DNA of 64,000 nt. Source: Lama glama (taxonomy: Eukaryota). The stretch covers positions 40,116,001-40,180,000 of the forward strand of contig CM052817.1 in assembly GCA_028534125.1 (NCBI GenBank). The letters are read 5' to 3'. Positions within the stretch are counted from its first letter, which is position 1; every line of letters begins with the position of its first letter. Position numbers and translations under genes: made by a program. The notes under the pieces are model-generated. The model saw only the letters and a list, made by a program, of their open reading frames with translations, was not told the origin of the DNA and ran no database searches. Positions 1-11,604 of this stretch are shown here, piece by piece.

Positions 1-479
1 ATCTTTTCTCTGCTGAACTATCCTGGAAAATTTCTCTACCATTTATTTTATGAGCTATGCAGAGTGTTATGAAATATATAAGCTATTTTTACCTGGGCTT
101 TCTATGACTTGCAGCTGAAAGCTGCCTAGTTACTGTCCTTAGTAAGTTACAACTATGTAGCAGATAGCTTTGTGGGTAGCTTTGTGAATTCACAGGCCTC
201 AGGCCAGGGCCATCTCAAGAATTTTTACATTGGAAGAACAAAGAACAGCAGTTTGATTGGAATAAGGAGGTGAATGCTATGTGAGCAGGGCAGTTTACAG
301 AAGACTGATGAGTCATTTGTCTTCCTCAAAGAAAGGGGTTGTTTTCATGGAGATTATAAAGGGTGAAAGTGTTCTAATCTCCTCCCAGTCTACACCTATG
401 TAGGCCCATGTACATGGTGTCTTCACATCTACCTCTTCTGGCAGTTTGGATCAATGCCCTCAATTCTTCATTCCCTCTC

Positions 480-1030
480 TGTACTAGAACTGGTAATACA
501 CCTACACCCTGTGCCATGTACCTTCTACCTCACTAGTGTAGAAAGGAATATATATGCTCCATCTTATTGATATTGGGCCATATGACTTGTTTTGGCCAAT
601 GAAACAAGTGGCAGTTGTCTGGCAGAAGTGACAGTGTGCCAGTTGGCCAGAGAAATAGCCTTAAAAAGGATAGCATGCTTCCACTCATTCCTGTTGTGTT
701 CCTATGCAGTGGGGAAGGTAGAGCTCAGTGGTAGAGCGCATGCTTAGCATGCCCAAGGTCCTGGATTCAATCCCCATTGCTTCCATTAAAAATAAATAAA
801 TAAAGCTGTTGTGTTCCTGTGCTCCACTAGGAGAGTGTGCCTGGGTAGCTAATGCCCTATCAGCTTGGGGCCAGAATTTTGATATACAAAACAGATGGGA
901 ACCCAACCGTAAGCCTGGGTTCCAAACCTACCTGAGCCCTGCCTAGGTCAATGAACCCAGTCAATTCATGAGAAAAATAAATGCTTGTGATTATAAGCCA
1001 TGAAGGATTTTAAGGTATTTTGTAATTAAA
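480..1030 (+). mobile_element. MLT1-type (MaLR) LTR, interrupted by a SINE; ends approximate
   Basis: Recognisable MLT1 motifs: ggccatatgacttgttttggccaatgaaa...gcagaagtgacagtgtgccagtt and the 3' gagaaaaataaatgcttgtgattataagcca. Confidence 0.65.
711..804 (+). mobile_element. tRNA-derived SINE (Vic-1-like)
   Basis: A box (agctcagtggtagag), B box (ggattcaatccc), (AAAT)n tail; 17-bp TSD with 1 mismatch at 691-707 and 806-822. Confidence 0.9.
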
Positions 1031-2417
1031 ACCAAAACCAAAACAACAAAAACTCTACCTGGTTTTCAGTCTCTCTGGAGGGAGATATTTTCTTTCTCTT
1101 ACTAGGTGGAAAGGTGGGCACACTTTTTCAAACACATTAAACTCTTTGTGTCCAGGTCCAAATAAGCAAAGCTGAGAGAAAGGAAGCACTTCCCTCTCCC
1201 GGTGTGAGCCCTTCTTTCAAGTTCCCATATCCTGTCTCAAGTTGTGTCTCTTAGGGTGACGGAGGGAGTTTGGCAATATCTACTTCCTTCAAGGGAAAAC
1301 CCCACTCCTAACCACAGGGATGGTTATACCCCTAGAAGGACAAGTACATCAGAACATTACAGAGGATCCTCTACTTCTATCCTTTTAATTAGAAAATCAA
1401 AAACAACAATCATGGAGGCAAAGAAATCATATAACCAGAGGAAAAGTAAATGAATCCTACCTGGCCCAGCAGATGACTTTAGTGGTTGACTTTATTTTTT
1501 CAGGTGGTTTGACATTATTAGTCACATCATGTGCCATAAGGTAAAAACCTGGAGTGTGTTCAAAGTATACTGATCCATATTCCCTTAGTCCAAATCCTTG
1601 GGTATCTATGTGTTTTTGGAATTAAGGATATTTTGAATTTTAGAAAGCATGTGCAGATTATAAGAACACTCCTTTTTTTTCTTTTAAAACCAACTTTAGT
1701 GGAGTATAATTTACATATACTAAAACATCTGTTTTAAGTGTAATGAGTTCAGGCCATTGTATATAACCTTATGCAACCAAGACCACAATCAAGGTCAAAA
1801 ACATTGCCATCACCTCAGAAAGTTCCTTCCAACCCCTTAGGCCTTTATCAAATTCCATAATCAAACACATATTTCTGCACTGACATATATTGAATACTCA
1901 CATTAAATATTCTAAAGAATATTAATACCTTATGTCATATTGGTTTTCCTACTAAATGAGTTTGTCATAAGGGTCCAGAAATTTCAGTTTTCAAAACGTT
2001 TTAGATTTTAAAATTGTTGATAAGGAGCTCTGGATCTGTTCTAAAAAGGTTTATATGATAATGAAAAAGAAATGTGATAATTACACTTATACAGATTTAT
2101 ACATGTTGGTTGCTTGTATAGAGACATCTTGGGCTTATGACAAATAGACTCAAGAGCAAAGGAACTTCTGAATAATCTTTTGGAAATGAATATATTTTAA
2201 GAAAATTTTATTAACTAGTGTGTACTTTGTACCTAGCAGTATACCTGGTATGTAATAGATGCCCAGTAATACATTTTGTTTTTCTTTTGATAACTCTACC
2301 CAACTCATACTTCAATACCATCTTTTCATTTTTCATATTGATATTTTCCTCAGAAACCCCCTTTATTTAAAATCTCTAAATTTTTCTGCTAGTTATTGGC
2401 TGTCATTTCCTCTAAAA

Positions 2418-2627
2418 CCGTGCTATCCAATATTGTAGTCATCAGCCACATGTGGCTATTTATATTTAAATTAATGACAATGAAATAAAATGAAAATTCT
2501 GTTCCTTAGCCACATTAGCCACTTTTCAGTTGCTTGATAGCCACACAGTAGCCTAGAGGCTACTGTATCAGATAGTGTGGGTGTAGAACAGTTCCACCGT
2601 GCCGGAAAGTTCCGTTGGATAGAGCTG
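2418..2627 (-). mobile_element. MER3 (hAT-Charlie non-autonomous DNA transposon)
   Basis: Full-length match to the recalled MER3 pattern (gctatccaata..agccacatgtggctattt..gaaagttccgttggatagagctg) with terminal inverted repeats. Confidence 0.85.
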
Positions 2628-2874
2628 CTCTGTCTTGTTCAGCACTTTATTCCCAGTGCCTTGCTCAGTGCTTGGGATTTGGTAGATGATCAACAAATAT
2701 TTGTTGAATAAATGCTTTTAGTTCATCTAGAAAAGCCAGCATACAAATGTAAGCAAAGATTTTCTTTTGTTTAAATAGTAGTGGTTCTTAGGGGCTAAAA
2801 TGCTTTCCTTGAAAAAAGTAAAAAATTATATTACATTTTAGGCTGTATTGTAGCTTTGGTTATTATTAGTTTTC

Positions 2875-3100
2875 AGTCATGGGCACTTACCATATGCCAG
2901 GCAGTGTTCAAAGGGCTTTGTACATACTACCTCATTAATCTTCATGACAACCTTATGATGATGCTTTATTCCTAATTTACAATGAAGAAACTGAGGCACA
3001 AGAAGAAACTTGCTATTCACATAGCTATTAAGTGGCAGGGCCAGAATCTGGGCCCAGGCAGTCTGGCTCCAAAGGCCGAGCAATTAACCACAACACTGAG
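2875..3100 (-). mobile_element. MIR SINE
   Basis: MIR core in reverse: atgaagaaactgaggcaca...cccaggcagtctggctcca. Confidence 0.8.
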
Positions 3101-5059
3101 CTCTCTATAATTATTTTTAATGAGGACCAATTGGTCTCTTCTTTCCACTATTTAAACTTCTTTTTTCTTATTTTCTTATTTAATTGCATTTAGCTAAGAC
3201 GCCCTGAAAAATGTTAAATAATAGCTCCTATAGCCCCGCATCTTTATTGGCCCCTGATTTTAATGTGAGTGCATCTGCTGTTTCACTCCAAGTACGACAT
3301 TACTGTTATTTTCTGATGATTATCTTGATCCAATTAAGGAACTGTTCTTTTCTTTCTAGTTTACTGAGAATTTTTAAAATTCAGCGATGGCTGTTGAATG
3401 TTATATAATACTTCTCTAGAGAATATCATTTGACTTTTCTCCTTTAATTTAATAAATGTCATGATTTCTTAATGTTAAACCACCGTTCTTTGAATAAACT
3501 GTACTTTGTCATGGTGTGAATTCTCTTTATTACCACGTTACTGGATTTTATGTCTTAATATTCAATTTTGTCTTTGTAACAAAGTCATAGTGAGAAAACA
3601 ATTCCAACCCCCGCCCCCTTCTTTTGGTACGGTCTGACGTGAGTTTTGTTATCTGGGTTATGCTAGCTTTGTGGAATATACTGGGAAATTTTCTCCTTTG
3701 GGGGGAAATTCTTTGTTTCCCTAGATTCTAACTGGGTTTGTGTACCCATCTCACTCTTCTTCCTTCTAGAGGTGCCCCACAGCACCACCAATCATTTAAC
3801 CACGAGGTTGTGTTCTTACACTAGCTCTCAAAGCTCCTCATAAACTGGACTCACCTACTGATCCTCAATAAACCCTGTGTATCATTCAGCTTTCTCACGT
3901 TCCTTGCACAGGCCCCAGACCTTCCCACTTCAAAGCCATTGCTAATTTCATGCCACTTGCCTTGCAAAATCCTAACCGTAGATTTTAAAGTAGAAGGTAC
4001 AGGATGGTGTTGATTATGGCAAAATCGAATCAGCCTTTAAAGCAAAGACTATTTGTAGCTACTTTGCACCCCTCACTTTATTTGATCCTCCGTATCCTGG
4101 GAAATTTTGTTATTTTCCTTTTGTAGTTGGGAAAAGAAACATGATAAATATTACACACTAATAAGTGGAGGTGCCAGAATTTAAAACCAGGACTGCTTGA
4201 CTCCAAAGTGATTGCTGCTTCCACTACAGCATGTCTCACCTCTTCCATTGTGTTCTGAGACTACAGTGCCTCACGTTGACCAGTATGTCCTCCCTGCTCC
4301 ATTAGCAATTACAAGACTGTAATGGTACCACACTATTTTACATTACGTGTACACATTTGTATTTTCTATTGTTTCCTCTGTAGTTTTTGTCCCACAGAGC
4401 AGTTATTAACTGAATCTCTCAGTACCTGCTTATCCGACTTCAAATTTGGATATCTTTTCTTATCTTATAAAAAGAATAGCGGAAAAATAAAAGAAGGAAA
4501 AGGTGAACAAATACAAAGAATTTTGATTGTGTTACTCTTGGCTGTATACTGTAAAAAAAAAAAAAAGTCCCTTTAAATAAGTTTAACTCTGCGTGATCTC
4601 TCAGGGGCTTTTTAGAGACCCCTGTAAAATCAGTACCTAAAAAACGAAGAGATTTGGCATTTGTGATTGCTGATCACCTCCCCACCCAAGCACGTCGAAC
4701 AGCCACAAGATGCTGGAAATCGCACCTACAGCAGACTTCCTAACAAGGAACGCTAGAAGATAAGGCAGTCCCTCCCAACTCCGCTCTTCCCCCTCCCAGC
4801 CTCAGCCCGATGGAACGTTCCGTGCGAAAGCTTTGACAGAGCGCCACTGGGAGTCACGTGGAGCAGGAGCGTACTCCCGGCGCCTTGCGGAATGACGCTA
4901 GCTAGGTTGCCAAGGGGAGGGGCAAGGCGGCGCGGAAGGGGCGGGGCGAAGGAAGCCGGCCGGAGAGGCGGGGCGGGCGGAGTGGAGGGGCGGGCGGAGA
5001 GGGGCGCGCGGGCGGGGAGGGCCCAGCGTATTATGGGATGCGGCGGTGGAATGGCGCTG

Positions 5060-5075
5060 GGCGCGTGATTTTGAA
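5060..5075 (+). promoter_or_regulatory. CDE/CHR tandem element (GGCGCG-tgat-TTTGAA)
   Basis: Canonical CHR TTTGAA at 5070-5075, preceded at exactly 4 nt by the GC-rich hexamer GGCGCG (5060-5065), just downstream of the GC boxes. Confidence 0.75.
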
Positions 5076-5174
5076 CAACCCCGGGTCTGTGTCTCCGAGG
5101 CGCCGCCGCCGCCGCGGCTGCTGGGAGCCCAGGGAGCGCGGCACGAGGAGAAGGCGGCGGCGCCGCCGGCTTTG
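5076..5174 (+). other. LIN54: Candidate non-coding first exon 1a of LIN54 (5' boundary approximate)
   Basis: Strong donor TTG|GTGAGT after 5174 inside the CpG island. TSS is inferred, not observed. Confidence 0.65.
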
Positions 5175-7112
5175 GTGAGTGTCAGCCCCCCGGGGTGGGG
5201 GCCTCTGGGCGGGCGGGCGGGAAGAGGGCGCTGCGGGTGGTGGCGCGGGCGGAGGGCGCCGGACCGCCCCCTTCGGGAGCCGGGGCTGGTGGGTCGTGGC
5301 AGAGAGCGGGAACCTGCAGTCTGGGGCCGACGCGCCCCATCCCCGGGCCGCAGGGGGCGGGAGGATCCTCCAGGCTCGGCCTCTTCCCGCCGGCACTCGA
5401 GAGGGCGGCTGTCACCGGCTGGGCCGGCGCTCGGCCGGCAGCCCGCCCTTCCCCGCCGTCTGGAGGAAGGGCTCCCGCGGCTGTTGACACGCACACTGCG
5501 AGGAGCCGCCGTGTCGGCCCCGGGTTTCTGGGAACCGGTTTTGCTGCTGTGTCATTTTGTACCAGCCCCTCCTTTCCCTGCTGCCCGCCGCCCCGTTCTT
5601 CCTACGCCCCTTTGTATGGTGTCTTCGTGTATGTCCGTTTTCCTCGCGAAGCCCACCAGCCAAATGTCATAATGTTCCCGAGGTGCACGGGGGAAGGGAG
5701 CCGGCCAGGACTTAGCTTGGCCAAGCAACGGTAAACACCAAGCGGAGTGCGGGTTGACGAGGCTGGCGGTGGGGAAATAAAGTTTGAAGATGAAGAAATT
5801 GGGAAGGTTTGATACTCTTGGCATCTAGCAGGATTATAGAAACGGCGACTGGGCTGGGCGATAGATAGCACTTGTTTAAGCCTGAATCTGCTGACTTTTA
5901 TATGGAGTTGTCATTCAAGCAAGGTAAGGAAATGAAATGACTTTTTCAACTTCTACTTTTCTTTTCTTAAACTAACTTAAAAAAAAACAGTAGAGTGTCT
6001 CTGTTCGAAACCTTCAAATTCAATTTGCTCATTTCAGACAGATCTTTTAGAGCTTATGCTGTACTTGAATAGTAGGTATAGAATTCATCTTTTGAATGGG
6101 TGGTTATCAAATCTGAAATTAACAACGATAACCAGTTTCTTTTTGTGAAAAAAAAAATCTGGTCCCGTCAGAAGCCTTGCAGGAGCTTCTATTTTTTTGA
6201 TGATCAAAATATACTTATATTCTCTTAGTTATTTATTAAACTGCATCATGGTGGGGGTCTGTGGATAACTCTGGGATCTTGTTTAAGCAAGCTGCTTATT
6301 TTCATTGTATCGAATAAACATGTCAGTGGTAGATTTGTTTTTTAATTTGGTGACTGAGATCCTAAAAACATTTGGCAAAGAATTTTAGCTTAGAGGTATA
6401 TTTTCTGTATTTTAGAAATTGTTCACTCATGAATAGGATCAACACATTTTAAACCTGGTTGCACTTTGACGCCTTAAACCAATGACAAACGAACTGGAAG
6501 TCACAGTGTTTATAGACAGAAATGATTAGACGAAATTAAATGGAGAGGAAAATAGTTTTGAACTTTATTTTAAAAACCGGACGTTCTGACCACAATGTCT
6601 GCCTAAGAATCAGTGCCTGTAATTTACAGATGTATTAGAGAGGTCAGACTTGCCGATGGAAATAGCCCGTTCTGTGCTTACGGTGGAGGAAAATGTCAGA
6701 GTTGGTGAGTGACATTAAAGGTCTTGATCCTGTTTTTAGTGTCTGCGATGGACACAGTGAACAAAACGCATTCCATCATCTCTCCCAAGTTGCTTTATTG
6801 AAAATGAAAGAGTTTGGGCTCTTTATTGTCCTCGTGCCCCTTTCCGCATGGTTTTTGCTCTTCAAAACAAAAATATGCCGGACTTGGGATCCGGCAGGTA
6901 GCGCGACTTCCTTTCGCGTTGCCACCGGGCCCGCAGGAGCTCCATCTTTCGTGGCGGGGTGAAAGGTCTCGGCGTGGTCTGTGTGTGCATTTGTGCCTCC
7001 CTGAGCATTTGAAGGTTGGCGGGGCCGGCGGGAGGTTTCCCCGGATATGTGGGTGTGCGCCTCTCCGGAGGGGAGGGCCGGGGAGGGGAGGAGGAGGAAG
7101 GGGGAGGTTACT

Positions 7113-7136
7113 GGCGGCGGCGGCGGCGGCGGCGGC
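7113..7136 (+). repeat. (GGC)8 trinucleotide repeat in promoter/5' region
   Basis: Eight perfect GGC units read directly. Confidence 0.95.
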
Positions 7137-7159
7137 CCGGGCTCGGGCTGTCGGGGAAG

Positions 7160-7448
7160 CTGCTGAGCTGTGATGGTGATGACGAGGTGAAAATGGCGGA
7201 TCTTTCGAAATACAATCCCGGCCCCTGACATACCAGAGGCGGCGGCCGCGGCGGCGTCGCCACCCCGGCTCCCTCCTCGGCCCCCGGGATCCCTGTAGCG
7301 CTCCAGTTCGCGCAGACTGGGGAAGGAAGCGGCCGGCCAGCGCGACCGTGCACAGGCAAACAAGCACCGCCCGGGCTCGGAATTGCCCGGGACCTTCTGG
7401 AGCCCCCACCTCGGAGCCGGAGGGAGGAGAAAGCGGCAGCCGCCGGAG
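7160..7448 (+). other. LIN54: Candidate non-coding first exon 1b of LIN54 (5' boundary approximate)
   Basis: Donor GAG|GTAGAG after 7448 at the 3' edge of the CpG island. TSS inferred only. Confidence 0.55.
7194..7209 (+). promoter_or_regulatory. CDE/CHR-like element (TGGCGG-atct-TTCGAA) overlapping a YY1 motif
   Basis: TTCGAA (known CHR variant) at 7204-7209, 4 nt downstream of TGGCGG 7194-7199. Confidence 0.6.
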
Positions 7449-8807
7449 GTAGAGGAGAAGGGGATACCCGAGGGCTGCTCTGTTTTGAGGTCTCTTTATT
7501 TCGAGGGGAGGCTGGGTGGAAAAAGAATTGCGTTGTGGATCAAGGAATGACTAGTTCAGAGTGCAGAAGAATCAGTAGCCTTGTAATGACATCAACATTA
7601 TTCTTTGAGTGTTAAGAAGGCTCGAGTTTGCTCTTATACCCAAGGCTGCTGCTGAGGCCTAGAGGAACCGCTAGCACTTATCATGATTTCCTGATTTAAT
7701 ATATAAAATAACCACCCTGGCGGGTGTTGGTTTGATGATGTTAAGCAGTTTATCAGGTTGTATGTTTCTTTAGGGAGGCAGAGCATTGGCATTTTATTCT
7801 GCATTTAAGCTCTGTGTCTTAGATCATAGTCTATAACTTGTTGGGGGGTGGATGTTAACATTTTTTAAGCATATGGACCAGTTTTGTAATAATTAAAACT
7901 GTTGTCTTTTTCTTTTATGGAGCTGTCATCCATAGAGGACCCCTTGGCCCCTGCCATTTGGCAAATAACAATTGAGATACTGTCAGTCATATTTGATATC
8001 CATGTTTTTCCTTGCCTCCTATCCATTTCATGAATTCAGAGAGTAAAGTTAATGGAAGATTTTGCAGTAGATTTTATGATCCAAGTGGAATACCGCTCCG
8101 GGAGCTCTATTTTGGTTCACAAGTTTTACCTTCATTGTTAAGAAGGAAGTTGTGATGGCTTGATGCATACACTTGATGTGAGTCTTTTAAGTTTGTTGAA
8201 GGTGAATTGAGAATGAATGTTTTATTTTTATTTAAACTAGACTTGTTAGCTCTTTGTTTAAAGAGCTGGAGAATTGGATTGATTGACTTTATGACAGCTA
8301 GTCTCATTTTGTTAGGTTACCTAAATAACCATGTATGTTTTAGATTGTGCTGCAGATTCCCAGCAGTGTGTTACTGAAAAGTTACATGTGAATCAAATTT
8401 TTGTACATTAACTTGGGACCTTGTTTTTTTTTCAGCTTTTGTAGTGGAAGGTTAGGTCAGTGGAAGGTTGAGTCTACAGAGAGGTGAATGTATAAGAAAT
8501 GAACACTGGTAATGTTTATGATTAGCAGTGATTTTCCTTATCCAAGTTTCCTACAAAGAGATGATATCATAGTATGTTATACAATATTATTCATTATGTA
8601 TTTTATTCAGAGGGGAAATATTTTGTGTGTATGTGTTTGTGTAGTTTGGACATTTGTGTGTTCAAATGCATTCATTGGAAGAATAAGAAACCAAAAAAAA
8701 TTTTTTTAAGAGAAATAACTGAAAGGTACTCAGAAACTTTAGTTAATGATTTTTTAAAAATCATTTGATATTCTTGTTTTATCCAATAGGAATCTGGTTC
8801 TGTTTTG

Positions 8808-8833
8808 GTGTGTGTGTGTGTGTGTGTGTGTGT
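8808..8833 (+). repeat. (GT)13 microsatellite
   Basis: Read directly. Confidence 0.95.
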
Positions 8834-11604
8834 ATTCTCTTATAGCTTTTATGTTGCAGTTGTTTGATCCATGCCAACCCAGCTGCTAAGACCAAGCAGC
8901 TGATTAGACTAAGAATTTTTAAAATAATTAAAGAGAGAGATTTAAATGCTTTTTTCACTGGCTTGCCTTTTTTGTTTTTTTAAATCACAGAATGTTGTTG
9001 TCCTTTTGGGATTCCTTGTGATTGTCTTTAAAAGACCAGTTTTCAGATTGTTGTGGTTAAAACGATTGTCTTAATAATTAGAAGTGTGTTAGAAAGGAAT
9101 GAAGGAAGGGTTATGCCAGTGGAGATAGTTGGTGTCTTCTGGTGGAGAAGAGCACTTACAGATTTCCATTCTTTTTTTCAAATATTATTATTGGGTATCC
9201 ATTATGTGTTACATACTATGCTAAGGATTGGAGATACCTCAATATCTTTGCCTCAAGAAGCTTTCAGTTTAGGAATTACTGGAGGTAAAGTTGGAAGGAT
9301 TGTTGGGTAGAGCCTTAATGCAGAAGGCCTTGAGATTTACAGAAAAATTTTGAGTAGGAGAATGACAATCTCAGAGATGTACTCGGGAAGATAAATCCTT
9401 AGCTTTTTATGTAGTATGTATTGTAGGTAAGAGGAGATAAAGGTAAAAGTAAACTAGTTGGCCCCAAGCTTTGGAGATCTGGAAGCTCTTGGTTGCAGTG
9501 GGAAGGAGACATTGTGAAGGTATAATCTTCATTATACAAGACAGATAAATAGTTCTGTGCAGAGAGATCAAAGATGACATGATCTTAAACTTTGCTTTTT
9601 GACAGAATATTGAGTGCCAATTTAGAAAAGAGAGAAATCAGGAGAAGCTAATTTAGATAGAGAAAGAAGAGAAGAATTTTCATTTCAGTTTTAGAGTACC
9701 ACTTAATCTTCACAGTAACCCTGCAAATAAACTAGAGTTTAGAGAGATTATTGCTTAGTGTTGCATGATAAGCAGCTAAGAGAGTCAAGATTTGGAAGTG
9801 GATCTTTCTGATTTGAATCCCCTTGTTGTTTCCACCATGTTAGTCTTAAGCATGAGTAATATACAATCCCCCTTAAAGGGAAAAAAAAGACTATGGCTCC
9901 TCAGTATTTGCCTAAATAATTTTATTTTATTGAAATATTTGATTTTTTGATGTATATAAATTCCTTATGCTTATTGCTTTTATGCAAGTATAAAACAGAA
10001 GTAAATTTATAAATGAAATATAAACAAAACTATAAAATCAGTAAAACGAATTAGATTTAGGGTGATGGATGATGTTGTTTTGCTGAAATGAAATCTTTCT
10101 TTGTGAGTATACTCTGGTCTGCCTTGGCGAGGCACACAGTTTTCTGTCTAATGTATATCCTATGATAACTCCTACACCACTTTCCTGGGTTTGAATGCTG
10201 CAGAGCTTTCCTCCTTATATCACTGGTTAGGTGTTTTGGCTTTCACTTGACATAAATATATCATTTACCTTATAAGACCTTTCTATGCCTTTTTCTTTAG
10301 CTCACTCTAATTCTAGTACCATTGATGGCGGATATAAGATGGTAATCTAGATGATCCAGAGTATACTTTAAAAAATACATATTATTGAAATGAAAGTACA
10401 AACTTCTCAGTTCTTTCTCAAGACTCATGTCCTATAGTCCACTGTTCCCAATTTTGTTTGAGAAATGTAGTTCTGTACCTAGTTTTTCAGTTGCTGATGT
10501 TAGATTTTAAAAATGAAAGCTAAAATCCAAGTAGTACAGTTAACCAGTCAGTACTGGTAGTCCTCTAGGTACAAAAGTATAGTTCTTAAGCATTCAGATG
10601 TTTCTGTCCCAACATCTGACAAATTACCCATCTATGATACGGTGATAGGTCACTTTATGTTATTATGTGCACGAAGGAAAACAGTTGTTTACCAGGTTGT
10701 CCTCCACCTGTAACTAGGAAAGAAAACAGTGTTTGAGCACTGGTAATATTCTCTAAGAGACTATTAGAAATGTAAAAGCACAGAGCATTTGTCATTTCTG
10801 TCTTATATTATTCATTTCTTTTAATGTCCTAAACCAGACCATCTATTTATCTCTACCTTAAACTAATTACTGTAATAGCCTTCTAACTGATTTCTCTGCC
10901 TCCAGTCTGATCAAACATTGAGATGAAGTTAGTCCTCCCGAAGTAAAGTTGTGATGATGCCACTCTTCTGTTGATTTCTGAGGTCTGTCAGGGCAAAGGC
11001 TCTGTTAATTTCCCTCTACAAAGTTGGGATGCAATACACATTTGTTAATTAAATGACTGATAAAAATCATAAACTAGTTAAAAACTAAGGCCTTTAGAAC
11101 TTTGTTTTATGAGCACAAGATACTGGAGGCAAGGGAAATGCATTGTATGTTCTATATTCTTTTCTTACCATACCTGGGCAGGTAACCCCTCACACACTGA
11201 GGTAAACTGAAGCTCCTCAGTCCTGTTGGCTCGTGAAGGTCCTCTCTTTTCTTGGAGTGGTCCTCAACACAGGGATGATGAGGTTGCATGTGCTTGTACA
11301 TATCTCCCATTCCTAAAGGATAAAATTAGAGTGATGATTCATGTAACTAGATGGCCAAACCCTTTCCTGCCATGCCCACAAGCTCCTTTTGAGAGTTTCT
11401 TTTAGCAAAGGCCACCATGCCCTGCGTGTGACCCTGATTGAAACAGATAAAGCAGTTATCATAGTCGCCTAGAAGGTGTGCTGGCTCCAGAACTCTGCAC
11501 AGCCCATGCTGCTTAAACACTGGCCAAACCAATCAGACCTTTTCTTGTTAGGAGTTTGAACTTTACTCCTACTTCCAAGGAAGTCTCCTAGTCCTATAAC
11601 TCCT

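Larger units (their letters stand above)
4800..5800 (+). promoter_or_regulatory. LIN54: CpG island, distal LIN54 promoter (P1)
   Basis: Abrupt GC/CpG-rich block. E-box GTCACGTG 4853-4860, CRE half-site TGACG 4893-4897, RFX-like half-site GTTGCC 4906-4911, ETS core CGGAAG 4933-4938, GC box GGGGCGGGGC 4938-4947 with more GC boxes to about 5020. No TATA box. Confidence 0.85.
6860..7480 (+). promoter_or_regulatory. LIN54: Second CpG island, proximal LIN54 promoter (P2)
   Basis: GC/CpG-rich block with E2F-like TTTCGCG 6912-6918, TTGGCGGG 7016-7023 and GGCGGGA 7027-7033, TTTGAA 7008-7013, and YY1-type AAAATGGCGG 7190-7199. Confidence 0.8.

Noticed and set aside
711..804. tRNA-like A/B boxes here and at five other sites as tRNA genes
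   Set aside because: Degenerate stems, A-rich tails and TSDs identify them as SINEs.
5033..5068. Short ORF (ATG 5033/5051 to TGA 5066-5068) also in the LIN54 frame via exon 1a
   Set aside because: Probably upstream of the TSS, and followed by a second in-frame stop at 5072-5074, so no extension is plausible.
4898..5871. Overlapping 80-208 aa ORFs on both strands in CpG island 1
   Set aside because: Arg/Pro/Gly/Ala-rich, often non-ATG starts, no recognisable domain; expected from stop-codon scarcity in GC-rich DNA.
6693..7409. ORFs of 70-204 aa across CpG island 2, including poly-Ala/Pro/Arg runs
   Set aside because: Same GC effect; the homopolymer runs are translations of the (GGC)8 repeat.
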